This document shows positions 47,120 through 57,020 of a stretch of DNA of 64,000 nt, in pieces. Every line of letters starts with the position of its first letter. Positions within the stretch are counted from its first letter, which is position 1. Position numbers and translations under genes: made by a program. The notes beneath the pieces are model-generated. The model was not told the DNA's origin, searched no databases, and saw nothing but the letters and a program-made list of their open reading frames with translations. Source of the DNA: a virus (lineage: Duplodnaviria; Caudoviricetes); the IMG/VR virus record IMGVR_UViG_3300021255_000109, positions 1 through 64,000 of that record; one strand, 5' to 3'.

Positions 47120-47592
47120 TCAGGCACCTCCACATATTTTACATCAAAGATTTTGTTTTCATCTTCCTCAGGACGCTCAAACTGAAACCACATACGACGT
47201 ATAGCTGATGCAGGAACTCTAGCAAGTCCCGAACGCTTGTTATTACGTCTTAAGGTCTCAGCCAATGACGGCCGCACAACAACCACAGTAATATTGTCAA
47301 CATTAGACAAATCTAATGCATTTAATACCTTATCACGAGAAGCTTTGGTGATATGAGTCGCATCTGCATAGATGTCAATCGGGGTTTCATCGCTATCAAT
47401 GGACTCCTGGATGTAACGTATAAAAGTCTTAAAGACTTCTTTCTCTTTTCCGAAATAGTCATCTTCATCTGTAATCATACTAAAACGAATTGCATCACGA
47501 GAAATAACATACGGTTCTTTTACATGCTTGCGAATCCACGTACTTTTGCCCGATCCGGGTGCTCCACACATAATATATAAATTATGCTTCAT
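47116..47592 (-). CDS. P-loop polynucleotide-kinase-like protein
   Basis: GAPGSGKST, ISRD.IR, DAT, R...R...VP motifs. Confidence 0.85.
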   Translation of the reverse strand: MKHNLYIMCGAPGSGKSTWIRKHVKEPYVISRDAIRFSMITDEDDYFGKEKEVFKTFIRYIQESIDSDETPIDIYADATHITKASRDKVLNALDLSNVDNITVVVVRPSLAETLRRNNKRSGLARVPASAIRRMWFQFERPEEDENKIFDVKYVEVPE

Positions 47593-48308
47593 TACTCTAC
47601 CTCCTGTGAGTTGCTGAATAGGTTAATTACTTCTAATGTATCCAGATTCAATAATACAGTGCAATTCGTATAAAAAACACCATTATCAATATTGATTTTA
47701 TGCCCATTACAATATGAAAAAGCCATAGGTAATGTTACTTCAATATCTTGCTTTTTCGCATATAAAGTATCTAAAAGATATTCCATTGGAGTATGTCCAT
47801 GAACACAGATATCTTTAGGGTATGTATCCTCGTCCCATTTATCAAAAAAATGTGAACGATTCCAAAGCAATTTATCACTCTGTATCTCATCTTTGCGACC
47901 GCACGTAAATCCTGCATGAGACAAGTGAAATGTAGTGCCTTGACTATTAGTATATTGAGCGGTTAATGGAAGAGTATTTATACGAGATATCCAAATCGGG
48001 TCTGCGCCATCTTGTTTCCAGCTTCGATATGTTTCAAATCCACCATTATACATCCATAGTTCAAAACAATCTTGCAACTTTCTCTTCGCTACCTTCTGGC
48101 TTAAACCCCATACCATCAAATCTTCATGATTGCCCTTTAAATAAATCCATTGGGGATTCTCATATATAGCCTTAATAGTACGCCAACCATGCGGGCCTCT
48201 ATCACCGGCATCGCCCAGAAAATATACTTTATCTTCTGGCTTTAATATTTTGCATACCTGTTCATATATATCATACATGCCGTGAATATCGGCTATCGCG
48301 TAGTTCAT
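47592..48308 (-). CDS. Metallophosphoesterase (Ser/Thr phosphatase/ApaH-like)
   Basis: ADIHG, GD..DRG, GNHE, HAG and HGHTP motifs. Confidence 0.9.
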   Translation of the reverse strand: MNYAIADIHGMYDIYEQVCKILKPEDKVYFLGDAGDRGPHGWRTIKAIYENPQWIYLKGNHEDLMVWGLSQKVAKRKLQDCFELWMYNGGFETYRSWKQDGADPIWISRINTLPLTAQYTNSQGTTFHLSHAGFTCGRKDEIQSDKLLWNRSHFFDKWDEDTYPKDICVHGHTPMEYLLDTLYAKKQDIEVTLPMAFSYCNGHKINIDNGVFYTNCTVLLNLDTLEVINLFSNSQEVE

Positions 48309-48319
48309 TTTAGTCCTCC

Positions 48320-48694
48320 TTAAAATACAATCACTCGTGATGTTGGCTTCCATGCCATATGTATATAATCAGTTTTATCCTGTTTAACTGCATCAATATC
48401 ATCCCAGACATGGCTATCATAAATAATAAAATCATTTACGTATTCCCACAATTTATATCTGATTTCATAATTATCAGTATAAAATCTACTATACTGGCCA
48501 GTTTTCTTATCTCTGATATCAAGCATCATTTTTAAATAACCACCAGAATTATCGTCAAATCGTTCGAACTCAGCAGCCCACTGATGCACATAAAAGCGAC
48601 CTTTCCAAAGCTCATCCTGGGCCAAATTACGATTTAAGGCATGAATAATTTTACTGCATTTCTTTTGCATACGTTTACGCAGTTTATCTCTCAT
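48320..48694 (-). CDS. Hypothetical protein (start MRDKL)
   Basis: First ORF after the promoter at 48726-48754. Confidence 0.7.
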   Translation of the reverse strand: MRDKLRKRMQKKCSKIIHALNRNLAQDELWKGRFYVHQWAAEFERFDDNSGGYLKMMLDIRDKKTGQYSRFYTDNYEIRYKLWEYVNDFIIYDSHVWDDIDAVKQDKTDYIHMAWKPTSRVIVF

Positions 48695-48725
48695 ATATTT
48701 TTCCTCTTTTCTATTTTCTATAAAT

Positions 48726-48754
48726 ATTATACCAAAAATTTTACAAAAAATCAA
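48726..48754 (-). promoter_or_regulatory. sigma70-type promoter module, nearly identical to 53262-53290
   Basis: TTGATT-17-TATAAT. Confidence 0.75.
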
Positions 48755-48780
48755 AGGCGGTCTTTACACCGCCTTTACTT

Positions 48781-49317
48781 TTACAAAGATTGAAATTCAA
48801 ACTCTGCGTCATATTCATTAATCCATTTTTGTAATTTTTCAGTAAATCTGGAATTACTTTCTGACTTATATATTTCTTTATAAGCTGCTTCTCTGGCCTT
48901 ACTCATGCAAGCCCCGCAATAAACAGAGCCAGCCACACCAATAGAAGTTGGTACAAAATCATAATGAAATGCGCCTCCAATAGCGCCCGTTTTGAGTAAT
49001 CTCTGTTCTGCAGTTGTTGCATTATGTTGTTTCGCCAAATGCTGCTCTTCCCAATCTGCTATTGCTTTTGCTTCTGAAGCGCTAATTGGGAAACCCCTAT
49101 ATGCATCTTCACGAACTGCTTTTAATTCAGCTTTTATCTTTTGTAATGTTTCGTCTTTCCACTTTTCAGCATTAAGTTTTTCCATTTCTGCCCGAGCAAA
49201 TTCTGCTTGGCGCTCAGCCGATTCAATACGCTCACGAATACTATCACAGATTTCATCAACAGTGGCTATATCCATAAACTTACCATTTACATAAGTAGAA
49301 TATCTCCCTTTAGACAC
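48781..49317 (-). CDS. Hypothetical protein
   Basis: Coiled coil followed by GAIGG..Y.F.PTSIG...C. Confidence 0.7.
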   Translation of the reverse strand: MSKGRYSTYVNGKFMDIATVDEICDSIRERIESAERQAEFARAEMEKLNAEKWKDETLQKIKAELKAVREDAYRGFPISASEAKAIADWEEQHLAKQHNATTAEQRLLKTGAIGGAFHYDFVPTSIGVAGSVYCGACMSKAREAAYKEIYKSESNSRFTEKLQKWINEYDAEFEFQSL

Positions 49318-49504
49318 TTTTTAGCACCTCCATAATAGCGCATGTATGTTTATCTTCATCCCAAATCATACATTCGGTTTCAATGCAGGGTAAAAAATCC
49401 TCTTTATATTTTGTGTCTACTACTGCTCCATTTCCCGCAAAATGATAATTAACCATTTCAGTGCTTTTGCGCAAAGGACACAATTTATCAATTGTAGCTA
49501 TCAT
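49310..49504 (-). CDS. Small Cys-rich protein
   Basis: CP...C....C..W......C. Confidence 0.6.
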   Translation of the reverse strand: MIATIDKLCPLRKSTEMVNYHFAGNGAVVDTKYKEDFLPCIETECMIWDEDKHTCAIMEVLKSV

Positions 49505-49517
49505 TTTATTCGCCTCC

Positions 49518-49991
49518 TCAGTTTAGAACTTCTTTTTGCTGGAGTCTACCTCGCTCAACAAATAGATTCATAAATGAGTGATATCCAACATTAAGAAAAT
49601 CTTTTCTGCTGATATAATTAGCGCAGCATCCTCGCATCATAACGCTATAATCTGTATCGCTTTCTTCCATTTCAATGATAAGAACTTTTTTGCCTTTTCC
49701 AAAAGCATAGCCGCACTCCCATGCGGTGCCAGCTGTGCCATTACGACCATAATCGCATACCACAATCCAATCAGAATTGTCAATAGCAACCACATCAAGA
49801 GCAAAAATGCAACGCGCCCATTCCTGAATCGACATTCCCCATGCATTAGGTACTCCATGTGATTTAGGGTCATAGAATGATAATGTATCATGGCTTTCAA
49901 GACATTTAAAAATATTTCTAATTTCATCAACTTCTTTTTCGACTTTCTCAGAGATTCCTACAATGGGGGCTGCAAAATAAATTTTTATCAT
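49518..49991 (-). CDS. Nucleoside 2-deoxyribosyltransferase-like protein
   Basis: IYFAAP, D...ID.SD and GTAWECGYA..KGK motifs. Confidence 0.85.
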   Translation of the reverse strand: MIKIYFAAPIVGISEKVEKEVDEIRNIFKCLESHDTLSFYDPKSHGVPNAWGMSIQEWARCIFALDVVAIDNSDWIVVCDYGRNGTAGTAWECGYAFGKGKKVLIIEMEESDTDYSVMMRGCCANYISRKDFLNVGYHSFMNLFVERGRLQQKEVLN

Positions 49992-50167
49992 TTATATTTA
50001 TTTAACTCCTTGTTGATATATTTCAACATATTCAATATATAATCATATGCGGCAAGTATGTCCTCAGTTTCCATTACCAAGTTACACTTGCCGCAATCTC
50101 TGTCGCAATCTCGACTGACGCACTTGCGTTCAATCGAGAGAATATCAATTGCTTTCGGTAGTGTCAT
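49988..50167 (-). CDS. Small Cys-rich protein, 59 aa (below the track cutoff)
   Basis: MTLPKAIDILSIERKCVSRDCDRDCGKCNL...; stop overlaps the next start. Confidence 0.55.
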   Translation of the reverse strand: MTLPKAIDILSIERKCVSRDCDRDCGKCNLVMETEDILAAYDYILNMLKYINKELNKYK

Positions 50168-51518
50168 TGTTTACCTCTTCTGCTTCTTCGATATCAGGAG
50201 CTTCAGCGTCAGCCTTAGCGATACCTTCAAGGCATTTAAAACTAAAGTTCTTATGCTTGTAAGCAGTAAACTTTGGTTTATTTACGATACGAATGACTAC
50301 GCCTTCGCGCACATGACTTAATCCGATAGGGTCGGGCCCATCATAATAGCGCTCAGCAATCATACGAACATATTCTCCATAAGACATATCTGTGGTTTCG
50401 CCGGTTTCAAGGTTAATACTTACGGGTTTATTCTTTTCAGTGATATAACCCTGCCAGAAAACTGGTACATACTGACATCCAATCTGCTCGCAACGATAGC
50501 GCATATAATCAGGAGTATATTCTACGATATCTCCATCTTCATTAGTCATAGTCATACGGTAAACATAAAACTTAGACTGGCCAGGCTCGCACCCATAAGA
50601 GAAAGTTGTAGTTTTGCCATATTTCTTTATAAACTCTTTATCTTTTGTCTTTGAGTTATCTACAGACCCCATAATTGGAGTACCAGTATCGGTAAATCCA
50701 ACTACTTCATAGTAAACCTCTTCACCTTTATGAAGCTTTCCTTTGAAGAAGTCTGCGTGCGGCTGGCGGAAATGATTAGACCCATAGAAACCAGATTTGA
50801 AGTCGTTCAGTACAGTTCTACGAGTACCAGTCACATAGCCCCAATCATAGATAGGAGTTCCTTCTTTTCTGGTAATTCTATCCCAAAGAGTTCTTTTATA
50901 TCCCTGGAATACTGGCAGGTATCCAGTACGCTGAGAAGTTCCGTGCATTTTCAAAGTGATTTCAATTAAATCACCCGCTTTGAAAGCATCCAGATTGTAA
51001 GCAAGCTGCTCAGTATCAGCGTGCTCAACAAACAGAGGCGCCAGTGGCACCTTGCGCTTTCTTACGCGATTTCCCTCTTTACTATTGCCAGCAACTTTAA
51101 CTGGTTTCATTGGAATGTACTTACGACAAATTTCGTGGCCATTGATAACAGTAATAGCTTCACCCGGAGTAAAAGACCCAGCACTATCTCCAAGGTAGTT
51201 AAAGCAAGAGATAGGAAGATATAATCCATCAGATTTCTCGCCACGGAGTTTAATTGTAGTTACATTTCTCTTATCAGGGTCCATATAACCACCAATATTA
51301 GCGCCATTCTCATCTTTCTTTCTTACCAGATTATTAGCCTCACAGAATTCTGTAGAAAGCTGCAGGTCAGTTGGAAAATAGATACCGATGTCTCCTACCG
51401 CAACATCCAAAGAAACACAAGTATCATTACCAAAAAAAGTAGCAATCTGAAGCTTATCTGCATTAGAATGCGGGCGAAGATGTTCAACTTTTACAATATA
51501 TCCACAATGCTCACTCAT
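50145..51518 (-). CDS. ATP-dependent RNA ligase (Rnl2/DRB0094-like) with an N-terminal OB domain
   Basis: HSNADKL, LRGEKS.G, TLKMHGTS (motif I), YYE, EGVVIR and KHK motifs. Confidence 0.85.
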   Translation of the reverse strand: MSEHCGYIVKVEHLRPHSNADKLQIATFFGNDTCVSLDVAVGDIGIYFPTDLQLSTEFCEANNLVRKKDENGANIGGYMDPDKRNVTTIKLRGEKSDGLYLPISCFNYLGDSAGSFTPGEAITVINGHEICRKYIPMKPVKVAGNSKEGNRVRKRKVPLAPLFVEHADTEQLAYNLDAFKAGDLIEITLKMHGTSQRTGYLPVFQGYKRTLWDRITRKEGTPIYDWGYVTGTRRTVLNDFKSGFYGSNHFRQPHADFFKGKLHKGEEVYYEVVGFTDTGTPIMGSVDNSKTKDKEFIKKYGKTTTFSYGCEPGQSKFYVYRMTMTNEDGDIVEYTPDYMRYRCEQIGCQYVPVFWQGYITEKNKPVSINLETGETTDMSYGEYVRMIAERYYDGPDPIGLSHVREGVVIRIVNKPKFTAYKHKNFSFKCLEGIAKADAEAPDIEEAEEVNNDTTESN

Positions 51519-52344
51519 TCTTATCCTCCTTCGGCATAATTATTTTCCATGTTTTATCCATATACAAGGTATTTCCGTTGATAGCTTTTAAAATTCTATT
51601 TTTGATTTTAGTTTTATCAGCTCGCTCTCTATCTGCAACATTTATATGATTGACCGCATATGAAACAGCTTTATGCAATCCCTGAAAACTCTTAATAAGA
51701 GTTGTACCAGATTTGTTATACATTTCAACAACGCACTCTGACCAGTCTGGTTTATCAGTTTGAGTGGTTATTGTTGGCTGAGCAGAAGCGACTGTTTCAT
51801 ATTCTGGGAAAGGGTGTCCTGTTACAATCTCTTCATTTGATACATGCTCAAAAACTTCTTTTAAAAAACGTGCATCTTCAAGAGCATCATGAGTCTGTAT
51901 TACAGACTCTTCATTTCTATAATAAGCAACAAGCTTAATTAAAGAAATATGTTTAGCCAAGCCAAAATGAGCTTTTACAATATTGCTATAATCATACAGA
52001 TTCATAGCAATTAGTGATAAAGCGGCCTGAGCAGCAAAAGAATTTGTTTTAGATAAATTCTTTCTAATAAATTTACTATCAGATGTGCCATAACAATAAA
52101 ATGTTACAATGTCATCTTCTGTATGTGCACATAACCACTGAAAAAATTTACTAAACACCTCATCTGAGGTTGGTGCGGTCTGACGCACCTCATCTGTAAT
52201 ACCTGTTAAAGAAGTGATAAAGCTGGTGATTTTCTTCTCAGACCGCACATAACTATGGAACTCATCACCCTTTTCGCTTATACATCCAATAGAAATAATC
52301 TCATTGGAAAATTGCGTTGCTTCGAAGTCAATAAAAAAATTCAT
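51511..52344 (-). CDS. DEDDh 3'-5' exonuclease with a C-terminal extension
   Basis: IDFEAT, LTGI and HDALEDA motifs. Confidence 0.85.
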   Translation of the reverse strand: MNFFIDFEATQFSNEIISIGCISEKGDEFHSYVRSEKKITSFITSLTGITDEVRQTAPTSDEVFSKFFQWLCAHTEDDIVTFYCYGTSDSKFIRKNLSKTNSFAAQAALSLIAMNLYDYSNIVKAHFGLAKHISLIKLVAYYRNEESVIQTHDALEDARFLKEVFEHVSNEEIVTGHPFPEYETVASAQPTITTQTDKPDWSECVVEMYNKSGTTLIKSFQGLHKAVSYAVNHINVADRERADKTKIKNRILKAINGNTLYMDKTWKIIMPKEDKNE

Positions 52345-52357
52345 AATTTTCTCCTTT

Positions 52358-53218
52358 TTAGTCAAGATACTCAGCCAGTTTCTTACTGCGGATAGGACTT
52401 CTCAGCTTACGCATTGCCTTCTCTTCTATCTGTCTAATACGCTCACGAGTCACATTGTATACCTTACCAATTTCCTCAAGGGTCATCGGTCTTACGGCAT
52501 CAATGCCAAAGCGCATTTTGATAACTTCAGCTTCACGCGGCTCAAGTGTCGCCAGAGCGGCCATAATCTGATTATGACGCTCTTCCTTGACAATGTTATT
52601 GTAAGGAGATTCAAACTTATCGTCAGCTACAAGGTCTCCCATTGTAGCATCTTCATCATCGCCCACCGGAACATCAAGGGACAGAGTCTCACGAGAAAAA
52701 TCCCAGATTTCATATACCTTGGATGCGTCAATTTTCATAAACTTTGCAATCTGCTCGGCAGTAGGAGCCTGCCCCAGCTTCTGCGTCAGTTCAGAAGTTG
52801 CCTTCTTAACTTTACTCGCGAGGTCAATCATATGTACTGGAATACGGATTGCTTTATTCTGTTCAGCTAGTGCACGACCGATTGCCTGACGAATCCAATA
52901 AGTTGCGTATGTTGAAAATCTAAAGCCTCTGGAGGGGTCAAACTTCTCTACTGCTTTCATCAGCCCAATAGAGCCTTCCTGCACAAGGTCAGCAAAACTC
53001 AAAGACGTACCATTGTACTTTCTGGCGATAGAAAGCACCAAACGCAAATTGCGAGTAATTAATTCTTCACGAGCGGTATTATCTCCATGCTGGACTCTTG
53101 CAACAAGAGCCTTTTCCTCTTCCTCAGAAAGAAGTTCATAATCTCCAAACTGACGAACCATTAATTTAACAGAATCAATGCTTACATACTTATCTTCGTT
53201 AATCACAACTTCTTTCAT
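52358..53218 (-). CDS. RpoD/SigA-like sigma-70 factor (regions 1.2-4)
   Basis: NLRLV.SIA.KY, DLVQEG.IGL.KAVEKFD, FSTYATYWIRQAI, IRIPVHM and TRERIRQIE motifs. Confidence 0.93.
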   Translation of the reverse strand: MKEVVINEDKYVSIDSVKLMVRQFGDYELLSEEEEKALVARVQHGDNTAREELITRNLRLVLSIARKYNGTSLSFADLVQEGSIGLMKAVEKFDPSRGFRFSTYATYWIRQAIGRALAEQNKAIRIPVHMIDLASKVKKATSELTQKLGQAPTAEQIAKFMKIDASKVYEIWDFSRETLSLDVPVGDDEDATMGDLVADDKFESPYNNIVKEERHNQIMAALATLEPREAEVIKMRFGIDAVRPMTLEEIGKVYNVTRERIRQIEEKAMRKLRSPIRSKKLAEYLD

Positions 53219-53276
53219 AAGAACCCCCTCTTAAAATTCTTTTCTCAACTTTTCTATAAATATTATACCAAAAATT

Positions 53277-54164
53277 TTACAAAAAATCAAAAGCGGACTC
53301 TATAGTGCGCTTTGCGTTCTCTTCATTCCAATCAGGATAAGTAGTAAAATTTAGTTTTAATCCAAAAGGTAATCTAATACCATTATCCCACTTCTCCCAA
53401 CGGTCAGCTATCTCATCTAATGTAGCAAAGTTATTCATAAACATCTCTACATGTGGACGGATAACATTATCTTCATGGAAATGTCCGAATAACCACGCAT
53501 ATTTCCAGTTAATTTCATTTTTTAAATTGTCCAACCATTTTTCCATAGTGTTATCTACGGTATGCTGGTCAACATTTGTTAAAAATAAATTAAAAGGTTG
53601 CCAGGTATATGGGCAAGTATGAGACAGTACAAAATCAAAAGACATATTTTGTACATTAGCTTCAATGTTAAACATCTCCTGTGGTGTTAATTGCTCATCT
53701 TTAAACCATCCAGTCCACTGTGTTTCAGGGCCAATACCTCGTGCAGCTGCTATGGCTAATCTATAATTTTTATCCACAGAATATGCACCACCAATTACAA
53801 GTGTAGAATATCCATTGAAATTATAGATGCCGCCATCTTTTAAATAACGGATATTTGGATACTCTTTTTCATACATTACATATCCGTTAATAAGCTCATC
53901 ATAATCTTCTAAGATAGAAGGCAGGTTTTCCGGACGCTCTTCATGGTTCCCGCGCACACAATAAACCAGGCAATTTAGACTTTGCACATATTCTTTATTT
54001 TTTCTATCAGTTTTATTGAGATAGAAATTAAAGCCAACATCGCCAAGGATAATCAATGCATGAGAAGTAATGTCATATAGTTCGCAAAAACGCTAAATAT
54101 CTTCTGTATGACCGTGAATATCGCCGGTTATAACAAAATGTTTAATTTTTCCATTCCATTTCAT
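53277..54164 (-). CDS. Metallophosphoesterase, 295 aa (1 TAG)
   Basis: ITGDIHG lies upstream of the TAG; LGD, GNHE, GGAYS.DK, SHT.P and GHFH motifs. Confidence 0.88.
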
Positions 54165-54166
54165 AT

Positions 54167-54388
54167 TTATTCTCCAAATGTAAGTTTAACTTGTTCTCCA
54201 TTATATTCAAAACGTTTTGGGTCAATATATTCTATACTAAATAATTTATACTATCCCGGACGAAAAGTAATTTTATTAGTAGTTTTATCTCTCGGTATTT
54301 CTAAAGTAATTTTTACCCATAAAAAAGTATTGGCTAATGGAGATACAAAAGTATAATCATCTAACCAATATCCTATCCATTCTAACAT
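54167..54388 (-). CDS. Hypothetical protein, 73 aa (1 TAG)
   Basis: Fills the gap between its neighbours when TAG is read through. Confidence 0.55.
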
Positions 54389-54389
54389 G

Positions 54390-54764
54390 TTAACAATCTA
54401 CTCCATTTCTACGGAGAACTGCAAGCGTATTTTGGATTCCTACTGGATTCATACTAATTAGATACCATCTTAATTTTGTAAAATCTTGAGGGTAATGCAC
54501 TTCCATCCAATCAAGAAATTTAATAAAATCTCCTCCATCTTTTACGTAATCTCCAGCATCATGGTCGATATATATATCTACCAATCTAACATCTTTATCA
54601 TTTAAATCATTGCCCCAAAGAGTATATGCTTTAATAGCTTCATGTACACTCTTGCACCAAATAACACGTTCATTAGCATAATGATTTGGAAGATTTTCTG
54701 CAGGGTCTCTTACATCATCTATCCAAAGCACTATATGTAAAAAGTCATCACGATTCATTTTCAT
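54390..54764 (-). CDS. Cyclic-phosphate-processing receiver-like domain protein
   Basis: LWIDDVR.P, IDHD.G, G......W and SMNPVG pattern. Confidence 0.75.
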   Translation of the reverse strand: MKMNRDDFLHIVLWIDDVRDPAENLPNHYANERVIWCKSVHEAIKAYTLWGNDLNDKDVRLVDIYIDHDAGDYVKDGGDFIKFLDWMEVHYPQDFTKLRWYLISMNPVGIQNTLAVLRRNGVDC

Positions 54765-55132
54765 AATTCTATTCCTCCGCCATTTACTAATTGAAGTTCT
54801 GGTTTTTCATCTTGTGGAGTAGCATCAAGCTTTAATTGTGATGGCAATGGTACTTTATAAGTAACACTTGCCATATGTCGATTTAAAATTTCTGAGATTT
54901 TTTTTCTTGCTGTTGCATCAATATTATATCCATGAATATTATAGGTGTAACGTGTAATCATATTCTCTGATTCTAACCATTCAAATAGTTTCACTACTTG
55001 AATATCATCATCAGTATCAATACGATCAATAGGCCACCCTGCAACAATGGCAGTAATGGCATCTATTGCATTATTTGCCCATATAAAATCATGAGATATA
55101 GGCTCAAATTTATTGTCTATCCAAAGTGTCAT
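54761..55132 (-). CDS. Degenerate paralog of the receiver-like protein
   Basis: MTLWIDN..P....W......AI ... WLE ... IH pattern. Confidence 0.5.
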   Translation of the reverse strand: MTLWIDNKFEPISHDFIWANNAIDAITAIVAGWPIDRIDTDDDIQVVKLFEWLESENMITRYTYNIHGYNIDATARKKISEILNRHMASVTYKVPLPSQLKLDATPQDEKPELQLVNGGGIEL

Positions 55133-55404
55133 ATATAAATTTTAAATGTTATTATCTCGTCATTTCTATACTCATCAGATACATATAGAACGTGTTTGTC
55201 CCATACTTTATGCGCGTTTCCCATCCAATAGACAGGATCAGAACCTGTGAACATAGCCGCCGCGACGATATTGTTTTGATTTTTAATAATTACTATGCTT
55301 TTGATTTTACAATGCTTATAAGTATTTTTCTTAATATCGTATATAACACTACCAACTAATGGAGAATTTGCTTTTACTCCCTTTTTTCCGCGAACAAAAA
55401 ACAA
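55129..55404 (-). CDS. Hypothetical protein (likely TTG start at 55404)
   Basis: AAGGAG RBS downstream of the promoter at 55436-55464. Confidence 0.6.
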   Translation of the reverse strand: MFFVRGKKGVKANSPLVGSVIYDIKKNTYKHCKIKSIVIIKNQNNIVAAAMFTGSDPVYWMGNAHKVWDKHVLYVSDEYRNDEIITFKIYI

Positions 55405-55488
55405 GATAATATCTCCTTTCTTATTTTCTAAAATAATTATAACAAATTTTTTCCAAAAAATCAATTTAGAGGATTTGAGTGCGGCAAA

Positions 55489-55529
55489 GGTCAAATTAGT
55501 TTAGATTATTTTATATATTTTTTAAAAAT
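55489..55529 (+). promoter_or_regulatory. Putative late promoter GGTCAA-N24-TTTTTAAAAAT
   Basis: Motif match heading the + strand structural cassette. Confidence 0.55.
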
Positions 55530-55563
55530 AGATAGACGAAGTTATTAGAAAGGATGGATTATT

Positions 55564-55830
55564 ATGTCGCGAGCGATAGAAAATTATATTTGTGCGAGCG
55601 AAGATCGCCCGCATTATAATAATGAAACTTGGGGGCTATATGGTTTTTATTATCCTATGCGTTCTCCGCAAGTTACTATAATTCAGAATTTATATACAAA
55701 TGGTATTACTGAAGAAAAAGTTAATGAATTAATTGATGCCCGTGTTTCTGATATATCAGATGCAATAGAGTTTTATCCAATCCCAGATGAAACAGTAGAA
55801 GATATTATTGAGAAGGAGGGACAAGATTAA
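55564..55830 (+). CDS. Small acidic probable virion protein
   Basis: ORF with RBS; C-terminal PIPDETVEDII motif shared with its neighbours. Confidence 0.65.
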   Translation: MSRAIENYICASEDRPHYNNETWGLYGFYYPMRSPQVTIIQNLYTNGITEEKVNELIDARVSDISDAIEFYPIPDETVEDIIEKEGQD

Positions 55831-56093
55831 TGGCAAAATATTATTTGGATTCTCAAGGCGTAAAAATTATAGTTAAAGCCTTTACAGATGGATTGGCTAC
55901 AAAAGCTGATAAAACTGAATTAGCAGATTATGCTACTAAGACTTATGTAACCGAAGCAATTGAAGATGTATCACCGCAAGATTTAAGTGGTTATTTGAAA
56001 GCGGAAGATGTTCAAAGTATTACAGAAGCAGAACTTAATGAAATTTTGCATAGCGATAACTCACAAAATAATAATGATAACAGTGGTACATGA
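55830..56093 (+). CDS. Small probable head-fibre/decoration protein
   Basis: KYYLD..G, KADK...YATK.YV, SITEAELNEI. Confidence 0.65.
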   Translation: MAKYYLDSQGVKIIVKAFTDGLATKADKTELADYATKTYVTEAIEDVSPQDLSGYLKAEDVQSITEAELNEILHSDNSQNNNDNSGT

Positions 56094-56133
56094 TTTAACC
56101 GCTTAAAAATACTAACAAAGGAGAGATACAATT

Positions 56134-56970
56134 ATGGCTGATACAAAAAAGTTTTTAGACCAATCTGGTACCACTTATTTGTGGCAAAAAATTAAATAGC
56201 AATTAGATACTAAAGCAGATGCTTCACGTGTTTCAACTCTTGAAACAAGAGTTGCATCATTGGAATCTGGTACATATGATGATACCGCAATTCGTGGGTT
56301 AATTACAACTAATGCAAATGATATCGCAGGACTAGATACTCGTTTAGATACGGCAGAAACAGATATTGATACTGTTGAAGGAAAAGTAGCTACTTTAGTT
56401 GGTAGTGATGATAACAAGAGTGTAAGAACAATCGCTAATGAAGAATTAGCTGCATAGTTAATTCCTCAAAATGCTGATGAGGCTCTTGATACTTTACAAG
56501 AGATTGCAGCTTGGATCCAAGAGCATCCAGGTGATGCTGCAACAATGAACGCAGCTATTACTGCATTACAGAATAAGTTAACTCTTGGATTAGATTCTAA
56601 TAGTCAACAATATGCAACAGTAAAAGCGTATGTAGAAGCATACGTTGCTGCTGCTATTTCTGGAGCAGATTTAAGTCAATATGCTTTAGCTTCTGATTTA
56701 GATGCTTTAGAAACCCTTGTAGGTACTACTGCTGTAAGCACTCAAATTTCAAATGCAATTACTACATTAGATTTAGCTAATACATATGATGCTAAGGGTG
56801 CGGCAGCCGCAGCTCAAACGGCCGCAGAGACCTACGCCGCAGGATTGGCATCAAATTATGCTACTGCTGCTCAAGGTACTAAAGCTGATACAGCTCTGCA
56901 ACCTGCAGACGTCGTTGCATTAACAAATGCTGAAATTGATACTGCTATTGCAAATGCATCTAATACTTAA
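56134..56970 (+). CDS. Coiled-coil probable head-fibre protein, 278 aa (2 TAG)
   Basis: KKFLD..G..YLW.KIK*, YDDT, DTLQEIAAWI, YDAKGAA, QGTKADTALQ, LTNAEID. Confidence 0.75.
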
Positions 56971-56979
56971 TAAAAAAAT

Positions 56980-57016
56980 AAGGGGTAAGTGATTTCTCAC
57001 TTACCCCGTTTTTTTA
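56980..57016. terminator. Bidirectional terminator
   Basis: GGGGTAAGTGA/TCACTTACCCC hairpin with A and T tails. Confidence 0.85.
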
Positions 57017-57020
57017 TTTA

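Noticed and set aside
48694-48754. Track start extensions of ORFs 48320-48754, 55129-55494 and 61989-62390
   Set aside because: They run through promoter boxes or tRNA-Thr; downstream starts with an RBS are preferred.
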